Of a DNA stretch of 57,005 bases, positions 1 to 8,662 are shown in pieces. Location: positions 1 to 57,005 of the forward strand of contig JAVBOV010000028.1 in assembly GCA_031550205.1 (NCBI GenBank), read 5' to 3'. This DNA is from Alphaproteobacteria bacterium (GTDB lineage Bacteria; Pseudomonadota; Alphaproteobacteria; RF32; CAG-239). The position numbers and the translations under genes are program-made. Numbering within the stretch: position 1 is the stretch's first letter; every line of letters starts with the position of its first letter. The notes beneath the pieces were generated by a model. It saw nothing but the letters and a program-made list of their open reading frames with translations, searched no databases and was not told the origin of the DNA.

Positions 1-17
1 TTTTGTTACATGCTAAG

Positions 18-46
18 CAAAAATCTGACTTAAAGTCAGATTTTTG
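18..46. terminator. Perfect hairpin flanked by an A-run and a T-run (bidirectional terminator-like)
   Basis: caaaaatctgact taa agtcagatttttg read directly: 12-bp perfect stem, 3-nt loop. No gene inside the window can be assigned to it. Confidence 0.4.
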
Positions 47-445
47 TCTGCAAATGCCCGGCTATCTTGCTTTTAATAAGGAAGCGGCAGCGACTGTATT
101 AAAAGCTAGATACCCGGGATCCAGAAAACGAAGTTTTCTTCCCTCTCCTCTCTCCATCATTGTCATCCAGAGCATATTTTATAATTTTCCTGCATCGGCC
201 TTAGCCGTGCAGACCAGAAAAGTGTAAAATGTGCGTGGGATCCAAGACAAATAGGCCATATTATTAAGTTAAACTGCCACGCTCCGCTTAGTTCATGACG
301 TTTACAAAAACTCCAACCCTTGTCCCATTCTCATTCAACGCCTCATTGGATAAAATGTCTTTTTATAAAACATTATCCATTATATTGGATAAAATTCTTT
401 ACTTTGAACATTTTATCCAGTATAATCTCAAAAAAGGAGATAAAC

Positions 446-1735
446 ATGACCCTTATAAACCGCCCCCAATATCTCGACCAGCTAAAAATGTGGCAAAATC
501 AGCCCGATTTGGTAAAAATCATCACAGGAGTTAGGCGCTGTGGAAAATCAGTATTGTTCAACATTTTTCAAAACAATTTGCGCAATAGCGGTGTCAGCAA
601 TGACCAAATAATCAGCATAAATTTGGAAGATGACCTTCAAACAAAACAAATCGGCCTTAAATTAAACAACAAAACAAAACTGCTTAATGATTATGCCACC
701 CTGCTTAACCACATTAAAAACAAGCTCGTCAATAACAAAAAAACTTATGTTTTTTTGGATGAAATACAATTATTGGACAACTGGCAAAGGCTGGCCAACA
801 CTTTGCGGCTTATAAATGATGTCGATGTATATTTAACCGGTTCCAACGCCTATATGTTTTCAAGCGACCTGGCAAACGCCTTTGGCGGCCGCTACATAGA
901 AATCAAAATGCAGCCCTTGTCTTTTAAAGAATATCTGTCCAGTCAAAATATAAAAGCCCCCTTAATGGATGCTTACAATCAATACACCTCTCAAAGCGGC
1001 TTTCCTCAAACAATCTCCTTTAACCATAATCAGCAAATGATAAACAGCTATCTATTAGATTCGGTGTACAAAAACACTCTTCAAAAAGACATAATCCAAA
1101 GGTTTGGCATAAGCGATTCCATAAGACTTGATGAAATTGTAAAATTTATGTTCGACAACATAGGCAACGAAACCTCTTTGCTCAATGTTCAAAGAAAATT
1201 AAAAAGCACCGGCATAAACATCTCTCCAACAACATTAAATGCTTACATAAAAGGTTTGCTGGATAGCTATCTGATGTATAAGTGTGAAAAATATGACCTG
1301 AAAGGCAAAAGAATTCTTGAATCTGATGCCAAATACTATGTAGCCGACATAGGACTTCGCACAACCTTGCTCGGACGTCCGGATGTGGATTTTGGGCATG
1401 CTCTGGAAAATGTGGTCTATCTGGAGCTTATTCGCCGAGGATATGACGTTAAAACCGGCAAGGTAAAAACCAAATCCATAAAAATTGAAGGTAAAACGCA
1501 AACCAAAACCATAGAAATAGATTTCATTGCCACCAAAGCCGGCGGCAAAACTGAATATTATCAGGTTGCATGGAGTGTTCTTGGTGACATAAACACCCTA
1601 AAAAGAGAACTGGGGGCATTGGAAGAAATAAACGACAACTACCCAAAATACCTGCTGACCATGGACGCCGGCTCCGGTGAAAACAACGGCATAAAACGCA
1701 TCAACATATTAGACTGGCTCATTACCGAAGAATAA
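446..1735 (+). CDS. AAA+ ATPase of the AAA_14/DUF4143 type
   Basis: ATG at 446 is preceded by aaggaga (434-440). Walker A GVRRCGKS and Walker B-like VFLDEIQ are present, with a long C-terminal region as in DUF4143 ATPases. The ORF-track start at 320 is a TTG extension. Confidence 0.8.
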   Translation: MTLINRPQYLDQLKMWQNQPDLVKIITGVRRCGKSVLFNIFQNNLRNSGVSNDQIISINLEDDLQTKQIGLKLNNKTKLLNDYATLLNHIKNKLVNNKKTYVFLDEIQLLDNWQRLANTLRLINDVDVYLTGSNAYMFSSDLANAFGGRYIEIKMQPLSFKEYLSSQNIKAPLMDAYNQYTSQSGFPQTISFNHNQQMINSYLLDSVYKNTLQKDIIQRFGISDSIRLDEIVKFMFDNIGNETSLLNVQRKLKSTGINISPTTLNAYIKGLLDSYLMYKCEKYDLKGKRILESDAKYYVADIGLRTTLLGRPDVDFGHALENVVYLELIRRGYDVKTGKVKTKSIKIEGKTQTKTIEIDFIATKAGGKTEYYQVAWSVLGDINTLKRELGALEEINDNYPKYLLTMDAGSGENNGIKRINILDWLITEE

Positions 1736-1784
1736 AAAAACACCCCAAACCATTCTACCGGTTAAGGGTGTTCTATTAAGATTA

Positions 1785-2474
1785 CTAAATATTGATTACT
1801 TGTCCAGGTTCTAATAAACCGGCAAAACCTAAATTGCTACACATATCCTTTAGCAATTCTTGGTTTCTTCTTGAATAGTGAGTAATCCATGTCTTAGCTC
1901 TTGTTTCAGCATCAGTGGAATTTGCAAGAGTTTCCATTCCAACATGGATATATTCATTCTTTTTACCAGCAAGAAGCATATCGCTAATAAAGGCTTCGTG
2001 AATTATTACTTCTGCCCTCTTTGCTAGTTCGCTATCAAGAAGAGAATATCCCGTATCTCCAGAATAAAAAAGTTTGCCGAAGAAGAGAGCTCCTACAGAT
2101 TCCATATTTGGAACGTGCTCGGTTTTTATTAACTCTACCCCCTCAAATTCTTCTTTCTCTACAGCCATATCCCACATGGTTGGTCCAACCATATCAAGAT
2201 AAGGCTTCAAATCAACTCCACCTAGTCTTGTTTTTTTGCCTCTAACAAAGCAGTTATATTCCAACAACGCACAAAGTGAACCAGCATGGTCATTGTGCAC
2301 GTGCGAGATGAAAACATTATCGATGCTGTCTTGAATACCCAAATCAAACAGTTTAGGTAAAACAGTGTATCCACAATCAATAAGCGTGTTCTTTCCTTCA
2401 TTAGATACCAAAACGGAAGTATTGCCCAAAGACAAATCCAAACCACTTCCACAACCTAAAATTTTTACTTTCAT
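1785..2474 (-). CDS. MBL-fold metallo-hydrolase
   Basis: HxHxDH motif in ISHVHNDHAGS. The N-terminus is MKVKILGCGSG from the ATG at 2474. The track start at 2546 is an upstream extension. Confidence 0.8.
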   Translation of the reverse strand: MKVKILGCGSGLDLSLGNTSVLVSNEGKNTLIDCGYTVLPKLFDLGIQDSIDNVFISHVHNDHAGSLCALLEYNCFVRGKKTRLGGVDLKPYLDMVGPTMWDMAVEKEEFEGVELIKTEHVPNMESVGALFFGKLFYSGDTGYSLLDSELAKRAEVIIHEAFISDMLLAGKKNEYIHVGMETLANSTDAETRAKTWITHYSRRNQELLKDMCSNLGFAGLLEPGQVINI

Positions 2475-2592
2475 AATTTTTATTTTTAAATGAATAATAT
2501 TTGATACATAATTATAATCGTTTTTAACCCCCTCAGAATACCACACACACTCAAGATTTTCAACGTTTATAATGTTAAACTTTTGTTACAAG
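2475..2592 (-). promoter_or_regulatory. Conserved ~120-bp upstream leader block with a (CA)n tract and a distal TTGTAACAAAAGTTTAAC motif
   Basis: Aligns almost base for base with 22005-22127, which lies upstream of an unrelated gene. The distal motif recurs at 50078-50095 and 16500-16517, and is truncated at window positions 1-10. Confidence 0.45.
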
Positions 2593-2611
2593 ACTCGTTC
2601 CCCTCTTTCCC

Positions 2612-2737
2612 CGTCATTGCGGCCTCCGAGCCGCAATCCATTAAGAAAGGCAGACAATATACAGATTTCCCCACAAAACATTAAACAAAAACAAAATCAG
2701 CCCTTCACAATAGATTGCGGGTCAAGCCCGCAATGAC
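2612..2737. repeat. Inverted doublet of GTCATTGCG..CGCAATCC hairpin repeats (REPIN-like)
   Basis: cgtcattgcggcctccgagccgcaatcc (2612-2639) and gattgcgggtcaagcccgcaatgac (2713-2737) lie in opposite orientation with a 73-bp spacer. Confidence 0.6.
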
Positions 2738-2745
2738 AAGAATAA

Positions 2746-3031
2746 TCAACCAACCATCCTTATTATTTCCTCTTTCCTGCCTTAGTGCAGCTTTTTAGAT
2801 TTTGTTTGCTCGTTTTGCGTCCTCTGGCTCGTAGCGTGTTCTGCCGAAAGAACAATAAGATAGTCAAAGAAAGATAAAGGAGACAGGCAGAACTTTGCGA
2901 AGAGAGCAAAATGAGCATTACAAAATATTAAAAGCGGAACTCAGGCAGGGTCTTTTGGTTACTTTGGGACGCCAAAGTAACAAACCCCCGCGCAGGTAAA
3001 GGGCCGAAAAAAAAATAAGGATGAAATTGCC
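2746..3031 (+). repeat. Family-A ~280-bp structured intergenic element, copy 1
   Basis: Long imperfect hairpin (cctgccttag...gttctgcc / ggcagaac...ctcaggcagg), then a second hairpin ggttactttgg-gacg-ccaaagtaac (2957-2981), then an A-rich tail ending gaaattgc. Homologous to 17120-17397 and 43441-43733. Confidence 0.8.
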
Positions 3032-3063
3032 GCGTCGCTAACGCTCCTCACAATAACGCAAAC

Positions 3064-3096
3064 ACAAAAAAGGCCTCCCAATCAGGAAGCCTTTTT
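3064..3096 (-). terminator. Rho-independent terminator downstream of rplI
   Basis: On the minus strand ggcuucc-ugauug-ggaggcc is followed by a U-run (plus strand aaaaaaggcctcccaatcaggaagcc). Confidence 0.6.
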
Positions 3097-3116
3097 CTTA
3101 AACACTCATCAACAAA

Positions 3117-3602
3117 CTAAGCTTCAGAGTACATTTTCATTTGTTTCTTAGCCTCATCATCGGTTCTGGCAACGTTAACAAGAACGGTTTCCATAACTTC
3201 AGGGTGCAGGTTAAGCTTAACCTTATAAACGCCGAGGTCTTTAATCGGCTTGTCAAGCTGAACAAATCTGCGTTCAACCTCAAAACCGCCAACCTTAACT
3301 GCTTCGGCAACATCGCGCACGGTCACTGAACCGTATAATTGACCGGTCTCGGCAGCCTGACGAATGATGGTTGCGGCAAAGCCCTTAAGGGCCTTGGCTT
3401 TCTCAGAAGCTTTTTCAAGCAATGTGTTGTTGTAAGCTTCCAGCTCTTTTCTTTGTTTTTCAAAAACAGCCAGGTTTGCTTCAGTTGCGCGCAGGGCTTT
3501 TTTGTTCGGCAGCAAATAGTTGCGTGCATATCCGCTCTTAACCGATACTTTTTCGCCCATTTTGCCAAGTTTATCAACGTGTTCTAAAAGAATAACTTCC
3601 AT
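3117..3602 (-). CDS. rplI: 50S ribosomal protein L9
   Basis: MEVILLEHVDKLGKMGEKVSVKSGYARNYLLPNKKA is the canonical L9 N-terminus. Lies in rpsF-rpsR-rplI order. Confidence 0.97.
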   Translation of the reverse strand: MEVILLEHVDKLGKMGEKVSVKSGYARNYLLPNKKALRATEANLAVFEKQRKELEAYNNTLLEKASEKAKALKGFAATIIRQAAETGQLYGSVTVRDVAEAVKVGGFEVERRFVQLDKPIKDLGVYKVKLNLHPEVMETVLVNVARTDDEAKKQMKMYSEA

Positions 3603-3617
3603 TTCAGCTCTCCTCTC

Positions 3618-3845
3618 TTAATTTGCAACATAAGGAAGAAGGGCCAAAAAGCGAGCGCGTTTAATTGCTCTGGCCAGTTCTCTTTGTTTTTTTGCAGAAA
3701 CTGCAGTAATGCGGGAAGGAATAATCTTGCCTTTCTCAGAAATATAACGAGAAAGCAGTTTCACATCCTTATAGTCAATCTCCAGGCAGCCTTCGCCTGA
3801 AAACGGACACATTTTTTTTCTTCTAAAGAATACTTGTTTAGCCAT
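3618..3845 (-). CDS. rpsR: 30S ribosomal protein S18
   Basis: [50 protein letters not shown] is the canonical S18 core. Confidence 0.97.
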   Translation of the reverse strand: MAKQVFFRRKKMCPFSGEGCLEIDYKDVKLLSRYISEKGKIIPSRITAVSAKKQRELARAIKRARFLALLPYVAN

Positions 3846-3856
3846 TTTCGTTCTCC

Positions 3857-4180
3857 CTATTCTTCGTCTTTAGAGTGGGCGGAAACTTCTTTGAAGTTTT
3901 CCACTTTAACTGTCATATAACGAATAATGTCTTCATTAAATCTCATAATGCGCTCAAATTCTGCAATTGCTGCAGCCGGAGCGCTGATGTTAAAGAGAAC
4001 ATAGTGGCCCTTGCGGTTCTTCTTAATGCGATACGCAAGGTTTTTCAAACCCCAGATATCGGCTTTCAAAACCTCTCCGCCGTTCTTTTTCAACAAATCG
4101 GTCAAATCAGCAACCAATGTGTTTACTTGAGCAGCGCCAAGATCCTGACGTGCAATCAGCACGCTTTCATAATTTGTCAT
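3857..4180 (-). CDS. rpsF: 30S ribosomal protein S6
   Basis: N-terminus [11 protein letters not shown], a [12 protein letters not shown] motif, and first position in the S6-S18-L9 operon. Confidence 0.95.
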   Translation of the reverse strand: MTNYESVLIARQDLGAAQVNTLVADLTDLLKKNGGEVLKADIWGLKNLAYRIKKNRKGHYVLFNISAPAAAIAEFERIMRFNEDIIRYMTVKVENFKEVSAHSKDEE

Positions 4181-4332
4181 AAAAAATCTCCTTATGGATT
4201 CTCAACAAATGGTTATTGTATAGCCGCATTCACCATAAACGCGGCAAGGAACCTGCCTTATATACCCTAAAACAATTAAATTGCAAGCATTTATTTATAT
4301 AAAATTAATCTTTTTTGATTTATAATGCGCCT

Positions 4333-4716
4333 ATGAAAATACGAACTTTAGCATTTTTGGCCTTTTTGCCGGCTCTTTCAAATTGTAAGGTACTCCCGCA
4401 ATATCAATATACCGAATGCGAAAAATGGTCCATGACCGCCAGCTGCAGAGCCCCGGTTCCGGTAGAAGTATACAAACCCGAACAGTTTGCAAACGAAGAA
4501 GGCACCATCAGTCTGCAAAACCTCACCTCAAGGGTCATTGTGCATTGCTACACCACTGAAAACATGGACGCTGAAACCTGCGCCCAAGCCTTTGAGAAAG
4601 AAAACTTTGTCCGCTTCCGTGAAATTCCGTATAGAACCGCCGATTATGACTTCCTCAAAAAAGACACCTACCCCACCCGCCGCTGGAGAAACGGTGAACG
4701 CGCCCCGAGGTGGTAG
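4333..4716 (+). CDS. Putative lipoprotein, unknown function
   Basis: MKIRTLAFLAFLPALSNC has a signal peptide plus lipobox (LSNC). ATG at 4333; the track start at 4315 is TTG. The stop abuts the comM ATG. Confidence 0.6.
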   Translation: MKIRTLAFLAFLPALSNCKVLPQYQYTECEKWSMTASCRAPVPVEVYKPEQFANEEGTISLQNLTSRVIVHCYTTENMDAETCAQAFEKENFVRFREIPYRTADYDFLKKDTYPTRRWRNGERAPRW

Positions 4717-6237
4717 ATGTTAGCTCGTGTACATACTGTTGCATTTAACGGCCTGGAAATCTTAAAAGTAGATTTGCAAATTCAACTCTCCCCCGGCCTG
4801 CCGGCTTTTAACATTGTCGGCCTGCCCGATAAAGCCGTGGCTGAAAGCAAAGAGCGCGTCCGCGCCGCCCTGCAAAACCTAAACCTGCACATTCCGGCCA
4901 AGCGCATCACCATCAACCTCTCCCCGGCTGATTTGCCCAAAGAAGGCTCTCACTTTGACCTGCCAGTGGCCTTGGGCCTGCTGGCTGTAATGGGCGTAAT
5001 ACCAAAAGAAAATCTTGATGATTATGTTGTGCTGGGCGAGCTTGGCTTAGATGGCGGGGTTGTGGCTGTTAATGGTGTTTTGCCGGTTGCCATGTATGCC
5101 GGCTCCAAACAAAAAGGCCTCATTTGTCCTGCCGCCCAAGGCAGCGAGGCCGTTTGGTCGGGCTTAAAAAGCATCATCGCTCCCGATACTCTTTTGGCGC
5201 TTATTAATCACTTTCAAAACAAACAAACCATTTCCTTTCCCGTTGCGCAAAAATTGGAAAGAACAACTTCCCTTCTGGATTTAAAAGACGTCAAAGGCCA
5301 GGAAAACGCCAAACGTGCCCTAGAAATTGCCGCTGCCGGCGCTCATAATATTCTTATGGTCGGCCCTCCCGGTTCCGGCAAATCCATGCTGGCCTCCCGT
5401 CTGCCTTCCATCCTGCCGCCCTTAACCGCTGAAGAAGCCTTGGAAACCTCAATGATTCACTCCGTCGCCGGAGAGTTAAAAGACGGCAAACTGAACTTTG
5501 AACGCCCCTACCGCTCTCCGCACCACAACGCCTCCACTCCGGCCTTGGTCGGCGGCGGTCGCAAAGCCCAGCCCGGAGAGATTTCTCTGGCTCACAACGG
5601 CGTTTTGTTCTTGGACGAGCTTCCCGAATTCAACCGCCCAACGCTTGAAGCCCTAAGACAGCCCCTTGAAAACGGCTGTGTCAGTATCTCCCGCGTTAAC
5701 GCCCATACGGTTTACCCGGCAAAATTCCAGCTTGTTGCCGCCATGAATCCCTGCCGCTGCGGCCACCTTGGCAATCACGCCCTGGAATGTAACCGCGCTC
5801 CGCTGTGCGCTGAAGAATACCAAAACAAACTTTCCGGTCCGCTCTTAGACCGCATTGACATGCACATTGATGTCCCGGCCGTCAGCCCTTTTGACATGGC
5901 CGATACCAAACCCGGAGAAAGCTCCGCGGCCGTTTTAGAAAGAGTAATAAAAGCCAGACAAATTCAGTCTGAACGCTTTAAAAAACTTGGACAACCCTGC
6001 TTAAAAACCAATTCCGAACTAAGAGGAGAGTTGCTGGAAACCGCCCTTTTTCTTGACTCAGACGCCAAAAACCTGCTGGTCGCCTTTGCCGATAAGAATC
6101 ACCTCTCGGCCCGCGCCTACCATCGCACTTTACGGTTAGCAAGAACAATTGCAGACTTGCAAAGTGAATCAAAAGTCCTTAAACTACACATAGCCGAGGC
6201 TTTATCTTATCGTCGGATATTGCCGCAAAAACGTTGA
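4717..6237 (+). CDS. comM: YifB/ComM family Mg-chelatase-like ATPase
   Basis: N-terminal Lon-protease-like ChlI domain, Walker A MVGPPGSGKS, Walker B VLFLDELPEF, C-terminal Mg-chelatase subunit domain. 506 aa. Confidence 0.93.
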   Translation: MLARVHTVAFNGLEILKVDLQIQLSPGLPAFNIVGLPDKAVAESKERVRAALQNLNLHIPAKRITINLSPADLPKEGSHFDLPVALGLLAVMGVIPKENLDDYVVLGELGLDGGVVAVNGVLPVAMYAGSKQKGLICPAAQGSEAVWSGLKSIIAPDTLLALINHFQNKQTISFPVAQKLERTTSLLDLKDVKGQENAKRALEIAAAGAHNILMVGPPGSGKSMLASRLPSILPPLTAEEALETSMIHSVAGELKDGKLNFERPYRSPHHNASTPALVGGGRKAQPGEISLAHNGVLFLDELPEFNRPTLEALRQPLENGCVSISRVNAHTVYPAKFQLVAAMNPCRCGHLGNHALECNRAPLCAEEYQNKLSGPLLDRIDMHIDVPAVSPFDMADTKPGESSAAVLERVIKARQIQSERFKKLGQPCLKTNSELRGELLETALFLDSDAKNLLVAFADKNHLSARAYHRTLRLARTIADLQSESKVLKLHIAEALSYRRILPQKR

Positions 6238-6256
6238 AAATCAGGAGCTTAAATAG

Positions 6257-8575
6257 ATGAAGTTGAAAAGCCTTTTCACCATTTTAGTCTTAGCAATTCT
6301 TGCAGCAAATTTTAATGCCGTTGCAGAAGTCAGCTTAAAAAAGACCTTTCAAAAAAGGGAAATCACCCGCGACACCAGAGCCAAAGCCCCGGAAAAAAGC
6401 ACTTCTGCTCCCATTTCAGACGCCAATACCGGCACCTTCACCTCAAGTTCAGCCGCTGCCGCTCCTCAAGCTCAAAGTGAAGAATGGGGCTTGTTCGGCA
6501 TATCTCCCAGAACCGATATCAAAGACCGCAGCATTTTCCCGAGCGATTCCTGCAACATCACCCCAAGCACTCTCATGGAAGACGGCCCCTGCAAAAAAGC
6601 CTGTGGCTCCAAGTGCATGAAACCTTGCGGCTCAAAATGCACCAAGCCGTGCGCGCCAAAATGCCAAGCCGCCCAGAAATGTCCCAAAAAATGCCCTCCT
6701 AAAGCCGCCCCCCTGCCTGCTCCTGCCCCGCGCGAAATGGTTGAAAGCTGCATAACCTTAATCACCGATGACATGTATGACGCCATCCACCAATGCAAAG
6801 ACCTTGCCCCTGTTGAACTGCAATGGGTGGATTTCCGCATTAAAAAAGACAAACAATACAGCGGTTTTTCAAACAAGCTCGGCAATTATCGCTTCCGCAT
6901 TTTCGGCTGCCGAAGAGATTCCAAAGAAATTTTCTTAAACCAAAACCGCGCCATGCAGCGCGATATGGAATTTATTGATATTTTCGACACCTTGGTTTCA
7001 GACTGCATCAACGTCGTAAAAGTCCCGACCGACCTTTGTCTGGATGAAACTCAGCAAACTCCCGAATATATCCTCACCGCCGAAATTACCGACTATTTCA
7101 TGAACGTTTGCGACGCCTATAACTGGAATGAAGCCCAAAAAGACAACAAGCGCGCCGGTTCCTCTGAAATCACCGTTACCTGGCGCCTAATGAACTTAAC
7201 CAAAACCAATGTCTATTGGAAAGGCACCACCAACGGCTACGGCGAACTCTTGGATGGCGAATTTAACGGAGAGGTTGTTCTGGCTGAACGTGCTTTTGCC
7301 GACGCCGTTAACAATCTGCGCCAACAGCCTGACTTTGAAAAGCAGCTTTCCATCCGCGTAAAGCCTGAAGAGCTGGCCAGACAAAAACGTGCCCTGGCAG
7401 AACTGCAAATGGCCGCAAATCCGGTAAAATGCCAATATCAAGAGGTTATTGAAGAAGCCGTTTGCGGCATTCCGGCTCCGGCTGTCCAAAAAACCATTGT
7501 TGAGGAAATCACCATCATCCCCGAGCTTCAAACCACTGAAGAAATCATCTCCATTCCCGCCAAGCAGGAAACCGTGGTTGAAGAGGTTTCCGTAATAGTC
7601 GGCGAAGCCCGCATCGGAGAGATTACGGAAGAAATCGTTAAAACCGAAATTATTGAAACCGGCGGCATCATTTCCGGCGGCTCAAACCAATCTTCAAGCG
7701 CCTCTTCTCAAAGCGTTTCGGTCAGCACGGTTTGCGTCATCACCGGAGAAGACGGCATAACCTCCCGCGAAGTTTGTCCCATTGAAAAGGTTGAAGAGGT
7801 TGAGGTTAAAGATTATTGGGTAGACATCAACACCTCTGAATCTGCCGCTTTTGACGCCAAAAACATGCTCTGCATCATCGGCCGTCAACCGTTTGACCTG
7901 CCGGCTCCGGAAAATATCTTAAAAATCCGCACCTCCGTTGTGTTGGTAACCAACGGCAGCGGCGAGCAAGGCGCAGGCCTTATTGTTTCCGAGCGTTTTA
8001 TCTTGACCTCGGCCGACTTAATCACCAAAGCCAACAACCGTTATGACATTGAAACCATCAAAGGCAAAAAGATGAAAGCCACTGCTTTCCGCATCAACCC
8101 GGTCAAAAATGTGGCCTTAATGCTTCTTGATGCCCCGACGTCCTACGACCCGCTGCCTTTAAACACCAAGCTTCCCGAAGTTGGCAAAGACAAGTTCATC
8201 ACCTTAGGCCTGCTCGATTTCTCAACCCGCAATGAAGAAGCCTTCCTGCAAGGCCAAGGCAAAATTGAAGGCTACCGTTATTCTGACGAAATGGGCGCCG
8301 AAATAATCGTTGATACCTTTGTGCAAAATGTCACCATCGGCGGAACCTTAATCGACCCTCAGGGCAACATCGTAGGCCTGGCTCACTCCGGCAAAAAGCT
8401 TGATGACGGCCCTGATTTGTTTATGCCGATTGAAGGCGCTTTAGAAGCCGTTGGTCTGGAAATCTGCGGACAAGAATACAAAGCCCCGCGTGAACCATAT
8501 AAACCAATTTCCGAGGCCTTGGCCACCGTAAAACAAGCTGAACCCGAAGCCATGCCCGAGAAAAAACGCAAATAA
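6257..8575 (+). CDS. Secreted multidomain protein: signal peptide, Cys-Lys ladder, acidic I/V/E-rich repeats, C-terminal trypsin-like (apparently inactive) domain
   Basis: aggag RBS at 6243-6247. Signal peptide MKLKSLFTILVLAILAANFNAVA. CxxxC ladder at aa 112-146. C-terminal region aligns by eye to the DegP/S1C protease core (GAGLIVSERFILTSADL, VALMLLDAP, TIGGTLIDPQGNIVGL). Confidence 0.8.
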   Translation: MKLKSLFTILVLAILAANFNAVAEVSLKKTFQKREITRDTRAKAPEKSTSAPISDANTGTFTSSSAAAAPQAQSEEWGLFGISPRTDIKDRSIFPSDSCNITPSTLMEDGPCKKACGSKCMKPCGSKCTKPCAPKCQAAQKCPKKCPPKAAPLPAPAPREMVESCITLITDDMYDAIHQCKDLAPVELQWVDFRIKKDKQYSGFSNKLGNYRFRIFGCRRDSKEIFLNQNRAMQRDMEFIDIFDTLVSDCINVVKVPTDLCLDETQQTPEYILTAEITDYFMNVCDAYNWNEAQKDNKRAGSSEITVTWRLMNLTKTNVYWKGTTNGYGELLDGEFNGEVVLAERAFADAVNNLRQQPDFEKQLSIRVKPEELARQKRALAELQMAANPVKCQYQEVIEEAVCGIPAPAVQKTIVEEITIIPELQTTEEIISIPAKQETVVEEVSVIVGEARIGEITEEIVKTEIIETGGIISGGSNQSSSASSQSVSVSTVCVITGEDGITSREVCPIEKVEEVEVKDYWVDINTSESAAFDAKNMLCIIGRQPFDLPAPENILKIRTSVVLVTNGSGEQGAGLIVSERFILTSADLITKANNRYDIETIKGKKMKATAFRINPVKNVALMLLDAPTSYDPLPLNTKLPEVGKDKFITLGLLDFSTRNEEAFLQGQGKIEGYRYSDEMGAEIIVDTFVQNVTIGGTLIDPQGNIVGLAHSGKKLDDGPDLFMPIEGALEAVGLEICGQEYKAPREPYKPISEALATVKQAEPEAMPEKKRK

Positions 8576-8580
8576 TCCTT

Positions 8581-8620
8581 TCTCCCTCTCCCCTTGCGGG
8601 AGAGGGTTGGGGTGAGGGGT
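8581..8620. repeat. GC-rich hairpin repeat (ctccc..gggag / ggggtgagggg type)
   Basis: tctccctctccccttgcgggagagggttggggtgaggggt. A related copy lies at 42728-42768. Confidence 0.6.
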
Positions 8621-8662
8621 AAAAAAAAGAGCTTCATCTTTTATAAGATTGAAGCTCTTTCA
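8621..8662 (+). terminator. Terminator-like hairpin after the 772-aa gene
   Basis: aagagcttcatc-ttttataa-gattgaagctctt is followed by a T-rich stretch. Confidence 0.5.

Noticed and set aside
3-534. Track ORFs 3-227 and 295-534.
   Set aside because: They read through hairpin repeats and the AT-rich promoter region of the AAA ATPase gene. They start at non-ATG codons and have no RBS.
2560-2592. Reading the TTGTAACAAAAGTTTAAC motif as a sigma-70 -35 box or as an EcfG-type GGAAC-N16-17-CGTT promoter.
   Set aside because: No acceptable -10 element lies 16-18 nt downstream in any copy. Only copy 1 has CGTT, and at the wrong spacing. It is therefore left as an unassigned upstream motif.
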